DNA from: Megasphaera sp.
Lineage (GTDB): Bacteria; Bacillota; Negativicutes; Veillonellales; Megasphaeraceae
DNA length: 64,000 nucleotides
Reading direction: 5' to 3'
NCBI GenBank assembly: GCA_022486585.1
Contig: JAKVKI010000004.1
Span: 21,496-85,495, forward strand
Part shown: piece by piece, positions 29,558 through 39,731 of the stretch
How positions within the stretch are numbered: position 1 is the stretch's first letter
Layout: the number at the start of each line of letters is the position of its first letter
The notes under the pieces: model-generated
Database searches by the model: none
Seen by the model: only the letters and a program-made list of their open reading frames with translations
Told to the model about the DNA's origin: nothing
Made by a program: the position numbers and the translations under genes

Positions 29558-29696
29558 ATGAATTTGAACCAATCAAGCACTTTGGATTTTAGCATATATA
29601 CGATGACTTGTGACATCCTGTTGTAGGGGACGAGGGTGTTATCAATATAAGTTGACGGGGGGCGGCTACGGTCGTTGATTTGCCTCGTCTTTTTTT
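29558..29696 (+). promoter_or_regulatory. Putative leader-peptide transcription attenuator
   Basis: uORF 29558-29626, mutually exclusive stems, and a cUACGg-capped hairpin followed by 7 T upstream of the permease start. Confidence 0.55.
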
Positions 29697-29743
29697 ATTA
29701 TCATCTCGAAATATGACTATGATGTATTGGGAGGTTTTATCGT

Positions 29744-31039
29744 ATGAATTCAACAGCAGCGCTGGCTCGTCAAGCCGGCATGACGAATGCAGAATGGACT
29801 GCCGCCGTCAAATTCGACAGCACCGACTGGGGCTGGATCATCATGAGTATTGGCATGGCAATTGGTGCCGGCATCGTCTTTTTACCTGTTCAGGTTGGTC
29901 TCGTTGGCATTTGGGTCTATTTGTTTTCTGCTATTATTGCCTATCCGGCTATTTACTTATTACAGCGATTATTCATCAATACGTTGGTAGATTCGCCACG
30001 ATGTGAAGATTATCCTAGTGTTATAACAGGGTATCTTGGTAAAAACTGGGGATTCTTATTAGGTATTTTATATTTCCTCAGTATCCTCATATGCGTCTTC
30101 ATGTATTCGACAGCATTGACGAATGACAGCGCATCGTTCTTATATTCCTTCGGTGTGACAGATACGTTATTGTCAGACAGTCCCTTTTATGGCTTAGCCA
30201 TTATTTGCTTCATGGTCCTTGTCGCCTCGCGTGGTGAAAAAGTCCTTTTCAAAATTTCGACATTAATGGTTTTGACAAAATTGCTCGTTGTTATCTGTCT
30301 CGGTGGTATTATGGTCCAGCACTGGAATTTAGCTAATATTGGGACTTTTCCGGATCTGGGATTTCTCGTGAAGAATACCATTGCCATGCTGCCAGTGACA
30401 TTGACCTCGATATTGTTCATTCCTAGCATTAGTCCGATGGTCATTTCCTATCGTTCCTATAATAAGTCTATCCACGTGGCACGATATAAAGCCATGCGGG
30501 CCATGAAAATCGCATTTTGTATTTTGTTCATTACGGTGTTCTCGTATGCCATGTCTTTCAATTTGGCCATGGGTCATGACCAGGCAGTCTTGGCATATAC
30601 ACAGAATGTCTCGGCATTAGCTATAGTAGCCAGAGGCTTCGATGGCAGTGCAGTAAAAATATTCAGCCTTATTTTGAATATCTTCGCCGTTATGACGGCC
30701 TTCTTCAGTGTCTTCCTGGGATTCCGAGAAGCCTGTCAGGGCATTGCGATGAATATGCTGCAACGGTTCATTCCAGAAGATAAAATCAATAAGAAATCTG
30801 TACGCGCCGGTATCTTAGTCTTTGCCGTTGCTGTCGCCTGGGGCGCTATCGTTCTCAATGCTCCTGTTTTGAAATTGCTGACTCTCTTAGGACCGATTTT
30901 TGGTCTCATTGCCTGCCTGATTCCAGCCTACCTGGTGTATAAGGTTAAAGGACTTCATCAGTATAAAGGCATTTCTCTCATTTTGATCGTTATTGCCGGG
31001 GTGTTGCTTATCATTTCTCCGGTACTAGCATTCTTATGA
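29744..31039 (+). CDS. HAAAP-family amino acid permease (YhaO/CyuP-like; Ser/Thr/Cys type)
   Basis: FDSTDWGWIIMSIGMAIGAGIVFLPVQVG, DYPSVITGYLGKNWG; SD GGAGG. Confidence 0.88.
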   Translation: MNSTAALARQAGMTNAEWTAAVKFDSTDWGWIIMSIGMAIGAGIVFLPVQVGLVGIWVYLFSAIIAYPAIYLLQRLFINTLVDSPRCEDYPSVITGYLGKNWGFLLGILYFLSILICVFMYSTALTNDSASFLYSFGVTDTLLSDSPFYGLAIICFMVLVASRGEKVLFKISTLMVLTKLLVVICLGGIMVQHWNLANIGTFPDLGFLVKNTIAMLPVTLTSILFIPSISPMVISYRSYNKSIHVARYKAMRAMKIAFCILFITVFSYAMSFNLAMGHDQAVLAYTQNVSALAIVARGFDGSAVKIFSLILNIFAVMTAFFSVFLGFREACQGIAMNMLQRFIPEDKINKKSVRAGILVFAVAVAWGAIVLNAPVLKLLTLLGPIFGLIACLIPAYLVYKVKGLHQYKGISLILIVIAGVLLIISPVLAFL

Positions 31040-31199
31040 TGGTTTACCCAACCATGGTTTACATACCCTATTACTGCTCCTAGTGCAAAGGCCGTCTTCG
31101 GACGGCTTTTTGTACATATACGGGCAGCAATATATACGTTGTCTTTGTAAAATACCCTATAGTTAAACGATTGTCTTAATAAAAATGTGTTTATATGTC

Positions 31200-31228
31200 T
31201 TGACAACGTAGTTTTTTAGGCGTAATAT
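31200..31228 (+). promoter_or_regulatory. trp operon promoter
   Basis: TTGACA-17 bp-TAATAT. Confidence 0.65.
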
Positions 31229-31262
31229 ACAACTCAACAAATGAACACTGTCCATTAAACCA

Positions 31263-31526
31263 GTGAGGCGGAAGTAAAAACGATGATGTGCATGTACAGA
31301 GAGCCGGGGGTGCTGAGATCCGGCCAAAGCAGCTCGTTAAATGGACCGCTGAGGGCGCAGCCAAAAGTGTAAACTGAGTATTCTGCGACGTGGAGGCATA
31401 CGTTAGTTGCCGGGAATATGATAGTATTCCGACGAGAGTAGGGGGAGTATATCCTTCTGAAACAAGGTGGCACCGCGGAACTGTATCCGTCCTTGACAAT
31501 TATTATTGTCAAGGGCGGTTTTTTTT
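31263..31526 (+). promoter_or_regulatory. T-box riboswitch (Trp, specifier UGG)
   Basis: AGAGA and GCTGAGA stem I motifs, specifier loop AAA-TGG-A (TGG at 31342-31344), T-box AAGGTGGCACCGCG (31464-31477), terminator 31487-31526. Confidence 0.93.
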
Positions 31527-31538
31527 ATGGAGGAAATG

Positions 31539-33023
31539 ATGGAAATGATGTCGCTGGAAGACGTAAAAGCGTATGAAAAAAAATATAAAATCGTGCCGAT
31601 AAGCCGCAGTATATATTCTGATGTGTGCACACCTGTTGAAGTCTTACGCATCCTTAAACATGTCAGTCCCCGGTGTTATTTGCTGGAAAGCATGGAAGAT
31701 GCCAAACGGTGGGGTCGATATACATTTTTAGGATATGATCCGCAGATGGAAATCATGTGCAAGGATGCAGTCGTTCATATCAAAGCGGGCACAGATGTAA
31801 CCGTCAAAGCGGATAAGCCGCAGGACTTCATTCGTCAGATCTTGGCGGATAATACATCGCCTAAAATAGAGAATCTGCCCCCCTTCACTGGCGGGTTAGT
31901 AGGCTATTTTTCCTATGATTTCATTAAATATGCTGAACCGGCATTGAAAATCCAGGCAAAAGATGATGAACACATACCTGATTTTGACTTGTATTTGTTC
32001 GATAAAGTCATCGTTTTCGATAATTTGAAGCAACGCATCATTCTTATTGCCAATGTTCGCCTGGAGGCAGCTGAAGAAAATTATAATAAGGCTGTAATGG
32101 AATTAGATAAGATGGAAGAACTCATTTATACCGGGAAAAAGGCAGAACCGGAACCGCTTCGTTTGCAAGGACCCTTTGAACACTTGTTTAATAAAGAAGA
32201 ATATTGCCAAATGGTTGAAAAGGGGAAACGGTATATTCGGGAAGGTGATATTTTCCAAGTTGTCTTATCCAATCGGTTGAAGGCCGCCGCGACAGGCAGT
32301 CTCTTCGATACATACCGGGTCTTGCGGACAGTGAATCCGTCGCCATATATGTTCTATTTTTCAGGCGAAAATATCGAAATAGCTGGTTCGTCACCAGAAA
32401 CACTGACGCGGCTCCAAGACGGTACGTTATCTACCTTTCCGTTAGCTGGTTCGCGGCCCAGAGGGGCGACAGCAGAGGAAGATGAACGGCTGGAAGATGA
32501 ATTGCTGCATAATCCGAAAGAACTGGCAGAACACAACATGCTCGTTGATTTGGGACGTAATGATCTGGGACGGCTCAGTAAATTCGGTTCTGTCCACGTA
32601 GAGAAGTACTTAGATGTACTGCGGTTTTCTCATATCATGCACCTTGGTTCGACCGTAAACAGTACGATTCGAGATGATAAGAGCGCTGTTGATGCAATCG
32701 GTTCGGTACTGCCGGCAGGGACACTGTCAGGAGCTCCGAAGATTCGAGCCTGCCAGATTATCGATGAGCTGGAAGGGTGCAAACGAGGGATTTATGGCGG
32801 GGCTATTGGATATATTGATTTCACCGGTAATATGGATACTTGTATCGGCATACGCCTGACCTACAAGAAGGGCAATGAAGTATACGTTCGTGCTGGTGCC
32901 GGCATCGTTGCCGACAGCGTGCCGGAAACAGAATACCAAGAATGTGTCAATAAGGCGAAAGCCGTCGTTACATCACTGGAACAGGCAAATGGGGGGATAG
33001 ACAATGATGGTATTAATCGATAA
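31539..33023 (+). CDS. trpE: Anthranilate synthase component I
   Basis: LLESME, GDIFQVVLS, NPSPYMF, KELAEHNMLVDLGRND, GTLSGAPK; start chosen after SD GGAGG (alternatives 31536, 31545). Confidence 0.95.
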   Translation: MEMMSLEDVKAYEKKYKIVPISRSIYSDVCTPVEVLRILKHVSPRCYLLESMEDAKRWGRYTFLGYDPQMEIMCKDAVVHIKAGTDVTVKADKPQDFIRQILADNTSPKIENLPPFTGGLVGYFSYDFIKYAEPALKIQAKDDEHIPDFDLYLFDKVIVFDNLKQRIILIANVRLEAAEENYNKAVMELDKMEELIYTGKKAEPEPLRLQGPFEHLFNKEEYCQMVEKGKRYIREGDIFQVVLSNRLKAAATGSLFDTYRVLRTVNPSPYMFYFSGENIEIAGSSPETLTRLQDGTLSTFPLAGSRPRGATAEEDERLEDELLHNPKELAEHNMLVDLGRNDLGRLSKFGSVHVEKYLDVLRFSHIMHLGSTVNSTIRDDKSAVDAIGSVLPAGTLSGAPKIRACQIIDELEGCKRGIYGGAIGYIDFTGNMDTCIGIRLTYKKGNEVYVRAGAGIVADSVPETEYQECVNKAKAVVTSLEQANGGIDNDGINR

Positions 33024-33576
33024 TTATGATAGTTTTTCATACAATCTCTATCAGCTCCTGGGGCAGTTCGACCCGGCAGTGACAGTTATCCGCAATGATG
33101 AAAAAACAGTAGATGAGATCGAAGCCATGCATCCGGACCATTTGATCATTTCACCGGGGCCGGGACGCCCTGCCGATGCGGGTATTTGTGAAGAAGCCGT
33201 TTTGCATTTTGCCGGGAAGGTCCCTATCTTAGGCGTTTGCCTGGGTCATCAGGGAATTTGTGAAGCCTTTGGCGGTCAAATCACCTATGCAACCCAGCTC
33301 ATGCATGGGAAACAATCTGTTGCGACCTTACAGACGGGAAATAGGATCTTCAATGGCCTGCCCAAGGAAATCGACGTAGGGCGCTATCATTCGCTGGCCG
33401 TTGCGCCAGATTCGCTGCCTGATTGTTTGGAAATCCTGGCAGAAACGAAGGATCACGAAATCATGGCCGTAGGGCATAAAAAATATCCAATCTATGGATT
33501 GCAGTTCCATCCGGAGTCTATATTGACGCCGCAAGGACCTATTATTATACAAAATTTCTTAGAGATACACGCATAG
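33004..33576 (+). CDS. trpG: Anthranilate synthase component II
   Basis: IDNYDSF, SPGPG, GVCLGHQ, RYHSL, QFHPES. Confidence 0.95.
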   Translation: MMVLIDNYDSFSYNLYQLLGQFDPAVTVIRNDEKTVDEIEAMHPDHLIISPGPGRPADAGICEEAVLHFAGKVPILGVCLGHQGICEAFGGQITYATQLMHGKQSVATLQTGNRIFNGLPKEIDVGRYHSLAVAPDSLPDCLEILAETKDHEIMAVGHKKYPIYGLQFHPESILTPQGPIIIQNFLEIHA

Positions 33577-33633
33577 AAATCTAACAGCTGTTACAGGGGT
33601 CATACTACAGCAGGTTTATAAGGGGGATATATC

Positions 33634-34641
33634 ATGATAGAAACAGCTACAGCAAAATTAGTACAACATATAGATTTAACGATGGATGAAACGACACAGG
33701 TCATTGATGAAATCATGGATGGCAAATCGACGCCGTTGAAAACAGCAGCTTTTTTGGTGGCCTTGCAGTGTAAAGGGGCAACGGTGACGGAAATAACAGC
33801 GTGTGCTAAATCGATGCAGGCACATGCGACACCAATCCCCTCTGAAGCGGGACGGCTGGAAATCGTCGGTACAGGTGGTGATAAATCACACTCGTTCAAT
33901 ATGTCCACGACTTCTGGATTCGTTTGCGCAGCTGGCGGCTGTAAAGTCGCGAAGCATGGCAACCGGGCTGCGACGTCTAAGAGTGGCGCCGCGGACTGTA
34001 TTGAAGCCTTGGGAGCGAATCTAAATGAAGACCCGGATAAATGTGTCGACTTGATGAATAAAACGGGCTTTTGTTTCCTCTTCGCACAGCATTATCATAA
34101 AGCGATGAAGTACGTCGGGCCAGTTCGTAAAGAACTGGATGTGCCGACGGTATTCAATCTCTTAGGACCGCTGACTAACCCGGCCCATGCTGATCATCAA
34201 GTATTAGGTGTCTACTCGGCTGATTTGGTAGAACCGATGGCACATGTGCTTCATGATATGGGGGTCGTACGGGGATTGTCCGTATTTGGTACGGATGTGA
34301 TGGATGAAATCTCAGCATCGGCACCGACAAAGGTTTGTGAATTCAATGGGGATGAATTCAAGAGTTATACGATCGAACCGGAACAATTTGGCTTGCAACG
34401 TGGCAAAAAATCAGAAATCGTCGGGGGCACGCCGACGGAGAACGCGGCCATTACACGCAGTATTCTTGGGGGAGAAAAGGGAACACGTCGCAATGCTGTC
34501 GTTTTAAATGCTGGTGCGGGTCTTTATGTTACGGGAAAAGCAAGTACGCTGGAACAAGGCGTACGGCAGGCAGAACAGCTTATTGACAGTGGCAGAGCGC
34601 TGGCGGCATTGAATGCATTTGTTGAAGAAAGCAATAGATAG
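33634..34641 (+). CDS. trpD: Anthranilate phosphoribosyltransferase
   Basis: VGTGGD, NMST, KHGNR, FNLLGPLTNP. Confidence 0.96.
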   Translation: MIETATAKLVQHIDLTMDETTQVIDEIMDGKSTPLKTAAFLVALQCKGATVTEITACAKSMQAHATPIPSEAGRLEIVGTGGDKSHSFNMSTTSGFVCAAGGCKVAKHGNRAATSKSGAADCIEALGANLNEDPDKCVDLMNKTGFCFLFAQHYHKAMKYVGPVRKELDVPTVFNLLGPLTNPAHADHQVLGVYSADLVEPMAHVLHDMGVVRGLSVFGTDVMDEISASAPTKVCEFNGDEFKSYTIEPEQFGLQRGKKSEIVGGTPTENAAITRSILGGEKGTRRNAVVLNAGAGLYVTGKASTLEQGVRQAEQLIDSGRALAALNAFVEESNR

Positions 34642-34659
34642 GTATAGAAGGAGGTCCCT

Positions 34660-35448
34660 ATGATACTAGATGATCTTACAGCAGCGGTGGCAAAACGGCT
34701 GGTTACGGATAAACAACAGATCTCGCTGCAAGAAATGAAACAAAAGGCCTTGGCCACACCAAAAAAAATGGGATTTCCTTTTGAGGCAGCACTACGGAAA
34801 CCAGGCCTGTCCTTTATTTGTGAAGTGAAGAGGGCTTCTCCGTCTAAAGGACTCATTGCACCGGACTTTCCGTATGTTGATATTGCGAAGGAATATGAAC
34901 AGATAGGGGCTGCGGCAATATCCTGTCTTACAGAACGGGATTATTTTAAAGGGTGCGTCCAATATTTACAAGAAATTGCGGCAGCTGTCGCAACGCCGGT
35001 CCTTCGCAAAGATTTTATCATTGATGAATATCAGATATATGAAGCCCGGGCCATAGGAGCGTCGGCTATCTTGCTCATCTGTGCAATCCTCGATGATACA
35101 CGACTGACTTCGTTCTTTCAGCTGGCACAGCGCCTGGGGTTGTCCGTCCTTGTTGAAGCCCATGATGCCGAAGAAATTCGGCGGGCCATTGCTTGCGGGG
35201 CCCGTGTCATCGGTGTGAACAATCGTAACTTGAAAGATTTTACCGTATCTCTCCAAACGAGCTGCCAGTTGCGTCCCTTAGTACCCAAAGAGATTCTCTT
35301 CGTTGCCGAAAGCGGTATAAAGACAGCGGAACATATTGATACGCTTCGCCAGCATGGTATTGATGCGGTCCTTATTGGAGAGACGCTCATGCGCAGTGCA
35401 GACAAGCAGAACATGCTCGAGAAATTGAGAGGGCAGCGGCATGGTTAA
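34660..35448 (+). CDS. trpC: Indole-3-glycerol phosphate synthase
   Basis: EVKRASPSKG, LRKDFI, LVEAH, GVNNRNL, AESGI, LIGE. Confidence 0.96.
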   Translation: MILDDLTAAVAKRLVTDKQQISLQEMKQKALATPKKMGFPFEAALRKPGLSFICEVKRASPSKGLIAPDFPYVDIAKEYEQIGAAAISCLTERDYFKGCVQYLQEIAAAVATPVLRKDFIIDEYQIYEARAIGASAILLICAILDDTRLTSFFQLAQRLGLSVLVEAHDAEEIRRAIACGARVIGVNNRNLKDFTVSLQTSCQLRPLVPKEILFVAESGIKTAEHIDTLRQHGIDAVLIGETLMRSADKQNMLEKLRGQRHG

Positions 35449-36055
35449 AGTGAAACTGTGTGGTCTGAAGCGGCGTTGCGATATAGCTTGGGCTAATGAA
35501 GAACGGCCTGATTTTGTTGGCTTTGTCTTTGCCGGCAAGAAACGCTATGTGTCTGATGCCCAAGCGGGGACGTTACGGTCATTACTGGCAGCGGATATCC
35601 CGGCAGTAGGCGTCTTCGTCAATGACACGATAGACCATATCGTGTCATTAGTCAGAGCCGGGACGATACAGCTGGTCCAGCTTCATGGACAGGAAGAGGA
35701 AGCCTATATCAGCACGTTGCGCAGCGTCATCGATGTGCCGCTGATCAAAGCCTTTCCTGTCGAAACAGCTGCAGATATGAAAAAAGCGCTGGTCAGCAGT
35801 GCTGATTACATTCTCGTTGATCATGGTGCCGGAGGGACCGGCCAGACCGTCGACTGGTCTCTCCTCCAGGGAATCGAGCGCCCGTGGTTTCTAGCTGGCG
35901 GCCTGACACCGGAGACTGTGGCTGAAGCAGTAAAAATGCATCCGTATGCGTTAGATGTGAGCAGCGGTATTGAAACAGACGGCGTAAAAGATAGGATTAA
36001 AATGAGACAATTTATGGCGCAAGTACGGCTTGCGCAACAGGAGGAACTATTATGA
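35441..36055 (+). CDS. trpF: Phosphoribosylanthranilate isomerase
   Basis: [26 protein letters not shown]. Confidence 0.95.
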   Translation: MVKVKLCGLKRRCDIAWANEERPDFVGFVFAGKKRYVSDAQAGTLRSLLAADIPAVGVFVNDTIDHIVSLVRAGTIQLVQLHGQEEEAYISTLRSVIDVPLIKAFPVETAADMKKALVSSADYILVDHGAGGTGQTVDWSLLQGIERPWFLAGGLTPETVAEAVKMHPYALDVSSGIETDGVKDRIKMRQFMAQVRLAQQEELL

Positions 36056-37236
36056 GAACAGGAAGATTCGGCCCCTTCGGTGGTCAGTATATACCGGAAA
36101 CGTTGATGAACGAGATTCATCGTTTGGAAAAAGCCTATGATTTCTATAAAAACGATGCCTCATTTCAAGCAGAATTGAAGGATCTGCTTGATAATTATGC
36201 AAACCGGCCATCTCTTCTTTACTATGCAGGAAAGATGACAGAAGATTTGGGCGGCGCCAAAATTTATTTAAAACGTGAAGATTTAAATCATACAGGCGCT
36301 CATAAAATCAATAATGCGCTAGGGCAGTGCCTGCTGGCAAAGAAAATGGGCAAGACCCGTGTCATTGCTGAAACCGGTGCCGGCCAGCATGGTGTAGCGA
36401 CTGCGACAGCGGCTGCTTTTATGGGACTTGAATGTGAAGTGTTCATGGGTGAAGAGGATACAAAACGGCAAGCTTTGAATGTGTACCGTATGGAACTGCT
36501 GGGAGCAAAAGTCCATGCCGTTACGACTGGCACCCGCGTCCTTAAAGATGCCGTAAACGAAGCGATGCGGGAATGGGTCGGCCGTGTAGATGATACCCAT
36601 TATGTTATCGGTTCTACTATGGGACCGCATCCGTTCCCTATGATGGTCCGTGATTTTCAATCGGTCATCAGCCGTGAAGCGCGCCAGCAGATCCTTGAAC
36701 GGGAAGGTAAATTACCAGCAGTGGTCATGGCCTGTGTTGGCGGTGGCAGCAATGCCATGGGGATGTTCTATAATTTCATTGATGATAAAGATGTCAAACT
36801 CATTGGTTGTGAAGCTGCCGGCATGGGTATCGATACGCCGAAACATGCGGCAACCATGGCAAAAGGGTCTGTAGGTATTTTCCATGGCATGAAATCCGTG
36901 TTCTGCCAGAATGACCAAGGCCAAATCGATGAAGTATATTCTATTTCTGCAGGTCTTGATTATCCGGGAATTGGGCCGGAACATGCATACCTTCATGATA
37001 TTGGCCGGGCGCAGTATGTTCCGGTCAAAGATGACGAAGCCGTCGAAGCGTTTGAATATTTAGCCCGTACAGAAGGAATTATCTGTGCTATTGAAAGCGC
37101 TCATGCCGTCTATCAGGCGATGCAGATCGCTCCGAAGATGAGTAAAGAAGATATCATCATCGTCTGCCTGTCTGGCCGCGGTGATAAAGACGTAGCAGCT
37201 ATTGCAAGATACAGAGGGAGGGATTTGCATGAGTAA
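36052..37236 (+). CDS. trpB: Tryptophan synthase beta chain
   Basis: [45 protein letters not shown]. Confidence 0.98.
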   Translation: MRTGRFGPFGGQYIPETLMNEIHRLEKAYDFYKNDASFQAELKDLLDNYANRPSLLYYAGKMTEDLGGAKIYLKREDLNHTGAHKINNALGQCLLAKKMGKTRVIAETGAGQHGVATATAAAFMGLECEVFMGEEDTKRQALNVYRMELLGAKVHAVTTGTRVLKDAVNEAMREWVGRVDDTHYVIGSTMGPHPFPMMVRDFQSVISREARQQILEREGKLPAVVMACVGGGSNAMGMFYNFIDDKDVKLIGCEAAGMGIDTPKHAATMAKGSVGIFHGMKSVFCQNDQGQIDEVYSISAGLDYPGIGPEHAYLHDIGRAQYVPVKDDEAVEAFEYLARTEGIICAIESAHAVYQAMQIAPKMSKEDIIIVCLSGRGDKDVAAIARYRGRDLHE

Positions 37237-38011
37237 GATTGGCAATGCATTTACGAACGGAAAAGCGTTCATTGGGTTCCTCACAGCAGGAGACCCATCT
37301 ATAGAAAAAAGCTGTGAATTTATTCAGACCATGGAAAAAGCCGGCGCAGATTTGGTGGAAATAGGGATTCCTTTTTCTGATCCCATTGCCGAAGGCGTCG
37401 TCATTCAGGAAGCGAATATTCGGGCCTTGTCCCATAACACACGGCTGGAAGATGTATTCCGCCTTGTGGAAATGGTGCGGAAGACTTCTCAGATTCCACT
37501 GGTGTTTTTGACCTATGTCAACCCTATCTATAATTATGGGAAAGATAAATTTTTTGCTGCTTGCCAGAAAAACGGCCTTGACGGTGTCATCATTCCAGAT
37601 ATGCCGTATGAAGAACGGGAAGAATGTGCGGCACAGGCGAAAGCCCATGGTGTGGATATCATTACGATGATTGCGCCGACATCCCATGACCGTATCAAAG
37701 AATTAGCTAAAGTAGGAGAAGGCTTCCTATATATCGTATCGTCTCTTGGCGTTACAGGTACACGCAGCGAAATCAAGACGAATCTTAAAGAAATCGTCGA
37801 TTTAGCACATACGATCACAGATGTGCCTTGTGCAGTAGGCTTTGGCATCAACACGCCGGAACAGGCTGCAACCATTGCCGGGCAGGCAGATGGTGTCATT
37901 GTAGGCAGTGCTATTGTAAAGATCATTGCTAAATATGGCAATGATGCAGGCCCTCACATTTATGATTATGTTCATGCCATGAAGGAAGCTACAGCAAAAG
38001 GAAATATATAG
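37229..38011 (+). CDS. trpA: Tryptophan synthase alpha chain
   Basis: [29 protein letters not shown]. Confidence 0.97.
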   Translation: MSKIGNAFTNGKAFIGFLTAGDPSIEKSCEFIQTMEKAGADLVEIGIPFSDPIAEGVVIQEANIRALSHNTRLEDVFRLVEMVRKTSQIPLVFLTYVNPIYNYGKDKFFAACQKNGLDGVIIPDMPYEEREECAAQAKAHGVDIITMIAPTSHDRIKELAKVGEGFLYIVSSLGVTGTRSEIKTNLKEIVDLAHTITDVPCAVGFGINTPEQAATIAGQADGVIVGSAIVKIIAKYGNDAGPHIYDYVHAMKEATAKGNI

Positions 38012-38021
38012 ATCCCTCGAA

Positions 38022-38116
38022 ACAAACACATACAGCGTCTCCTGTAGGAGGCGCTGTATGTGTTTGTATGCGCGAAAAAGGCCGGTACCCACATGACATA
38101 TGTTTACCGGCCTTTC
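38022..38116. terminator. Two adjacent terminator hairpins (trp operon on +; cupin transcript on -)
   Basis: ACAAACACATACAGCGTCTCC...GGAGGCGCTGTATGTGTTTGT (38022-38067) and AAAAAGGCCGGTA...TACCGGCCTTT (38075-38115). Confidence 0.75.
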
Positions 38117-38328
38117 TACGTTATAGGATTCATACTCATTTCTCACTTTTTGGTTCTGGTATCTTTAACCTCACAAAAATACGTACTTGTTCGTACTAAC
38201 AATCTTACTGTAACTTTCTTGAAAACTGGTTCCACATTTCGAAAAGCTCGAATAACTTAAATCTTGACAAGTTAGTTCATACTGTCTTTCGACGAACGTA
38301 ATACGTGACTCCTCCTATCCGACATTAT

Positions 38329-38655
38329 TTAGTTGTACACGACTAACGCGATGAAAACTAAGTCTGCAGTACTTTTGTTTTCTATGCTGTGACCCTTTCC
38401 GTCGGGTGTAAAAGTAACATCACCTGCTTTGACGGTTCGGACTATGCCGTTGTCGTCGTATTCTCCCTCACCTGAAAGGATATAATAAGCTTCTGCATCG
38501 CCGTGGTGAATATGGTAGCCCAGGGAACATCCCGGTTCAATCGTCATTTTAGCGAATACACGATTTTTTCCATACATTTGTTCTTCTGTAAGAAATTGGT
38601 CCCGCAGCACATGTCCTTTGCCACCGGCCATGTTCTCGATCCGCTCTGTACCCAT
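38329..38655 (-). CDS. Cupin-domain protein
   Basis: PGCSLGYHIHHGDAEAYYILSGEG and GDVTFTPDGKGHSIEN cupin motifs; SD GAGGT. Confidence 0.88.
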   Translation of the reverse strand: MGTERIENMAGGKGHVLRDQFLTEEQMYGKNRVFAKMTIEPGCSLGYHIHHGDAEAYYILSGEGEYDDNGIVRTVKAGDVTFTPDGKGHSIENKSTADLVFIALVVYN

Positions 38656-38826
38656 TGGACTCACCTCTTTCTGAATGCTTTCGCATTTCTTGACTATATT
38701 ATACCATGAAGGAAGACAAATGTCATGCTGTACAGACAAAATACTTATGCTTTTTTATCAACAAACTTAGGGGGTGACCGGCGATTTGCACATAGGTACG
38801 CTGGAAAAGAACAATAAAGGATATAC

Positions 38827-38855
38827 TTGTCAATTAGATTCCCTGTGTATATAAT
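38827..38855 (+). promoter_or_regulatory. Probable folE2 promoter
   Basis: TTGTCA-17 bp-TATAAT. Confidence 0.6.
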
Positions 38856-38929
38856 TGAATGCATGAAGGCTGTTCCAGGGTGCGTCTGTGTATAGGGACA
38901 GATAGAATATAAGTGGAGTTGATACGACT

Positions 38930-39730
38930 ATGAAAGATATACAAAATTTATCGGATACACGAGGCATCGATATTCAGAAAGTCGGCGTAACCGATATACA
39001 TTTACCCTTTTTAATTAAAATGAAGCAGGGCGGCTTCCAGTCTGTCCTGGCAGATATACAAGTGACAGTAAGCCTGCCGAATCAATATAAAGGCACGCAT
39101 ATGAGCCGTTTTGTAGAGGTATTGAATGAGTGGCGGCAGAAAGCCGTATCGCTTCATGAGATCCGGCATATGTTGGAGGATATAATTCAGCGGTTGGATG
39201 CCAAAGAAGGGCATTTGCAGCTGGCATTCAAATATTTTATTGAAAAAGAAGCGCCTGTAAGCCACTTGAAGAGCGTCCTCGATTATGATGTCGTATTTTC
39301 GGGAAATTTGACGGATAATGGTGCCTTCGACCATATTATGACAGTGACAGTTCCCTTTACCTCTTTATGCCCGTGCAGTAAGGCAATCTCAGCGTATGGT
39401 GCACATAATCAGCGCAGTCTCATGAAGGCGAGCGTCCGCTTTGTACCGCATCGCTTCGTGTGGATCGAAGACCTGGTGCAAGTCATGGAAGCACAGGCCA
39501 GTTCACCTATTTATCCCTTATTAAAACGAGAAGATGAAAAATTCGTCACCGAAGCTGCGTATGACAATCCGAAATTCGTTGAAGATACGATCCGCGACCT
39601 CGTAGTGGCCTTTCGCCAGATGAATAGTATCAGCTGGTTTGACGTGGAATGTAAAAATTTCGAGTCCATTCATAATCACAATGCTTATGCCCGTCATTCT
39701 GAATACACGCAACCATCTGGGGAGAAATAA
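38930..39730 (+). CDS. folE2: GTP cyclohydrolase type IB
   Basis: MKDIQ, KGTHMSRF, SLCPCSK...GAHNQR, LLKREDEK, NPKFVED, ESIHNHNAYA. Confidence 0.95.
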   Translation: MKDIQNLSDTRGIDIQKVGVTDIHLPFLIKMKQGGFQSVLADIQVTVSLPNQYKGTHMSRFVEVLNEWRQKAVSLHEIRHMLEDIIQRLDAKEGHLQLAFKYFIEKEAPVSHLKSVLDYDVVFSGNLTDNGAFDHIMTVTVPFTSLCPCSKAISAYGAHNQRSLMKASVRFVPHRFVWIEDLVQVMEAQASSPIYPLLKREDEKFVTEAAYDNPKFVEDTIRDLVVAFRQMNSISWFDVECKNFESIHNHNAYARHSEYTQPSGEK

Positions 39731-39731
39731 A

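Noticed and set aside
29625-29665. glmS ribozyme-like words (GACGAGG...GTTATCAA...TTGACGG)
   Set aside because: The AGCGCC cleavage-site segment is absent and the downstream gene is not glmS; the attenuator model fits better
38165-38173. TGA-GGT-TAA at the end of the ATT ORF read as a C-terminal Sec-Gly
   Set aside because: No convincing SECIS hairpin downstream and no nearby redox Cys motif
38856-38929. THF riboswitch upstream of folE2
   Set aside because: Leader is short, with only a weak CTGTTCC/GGGACAG stem and no conserved aptamer sequence
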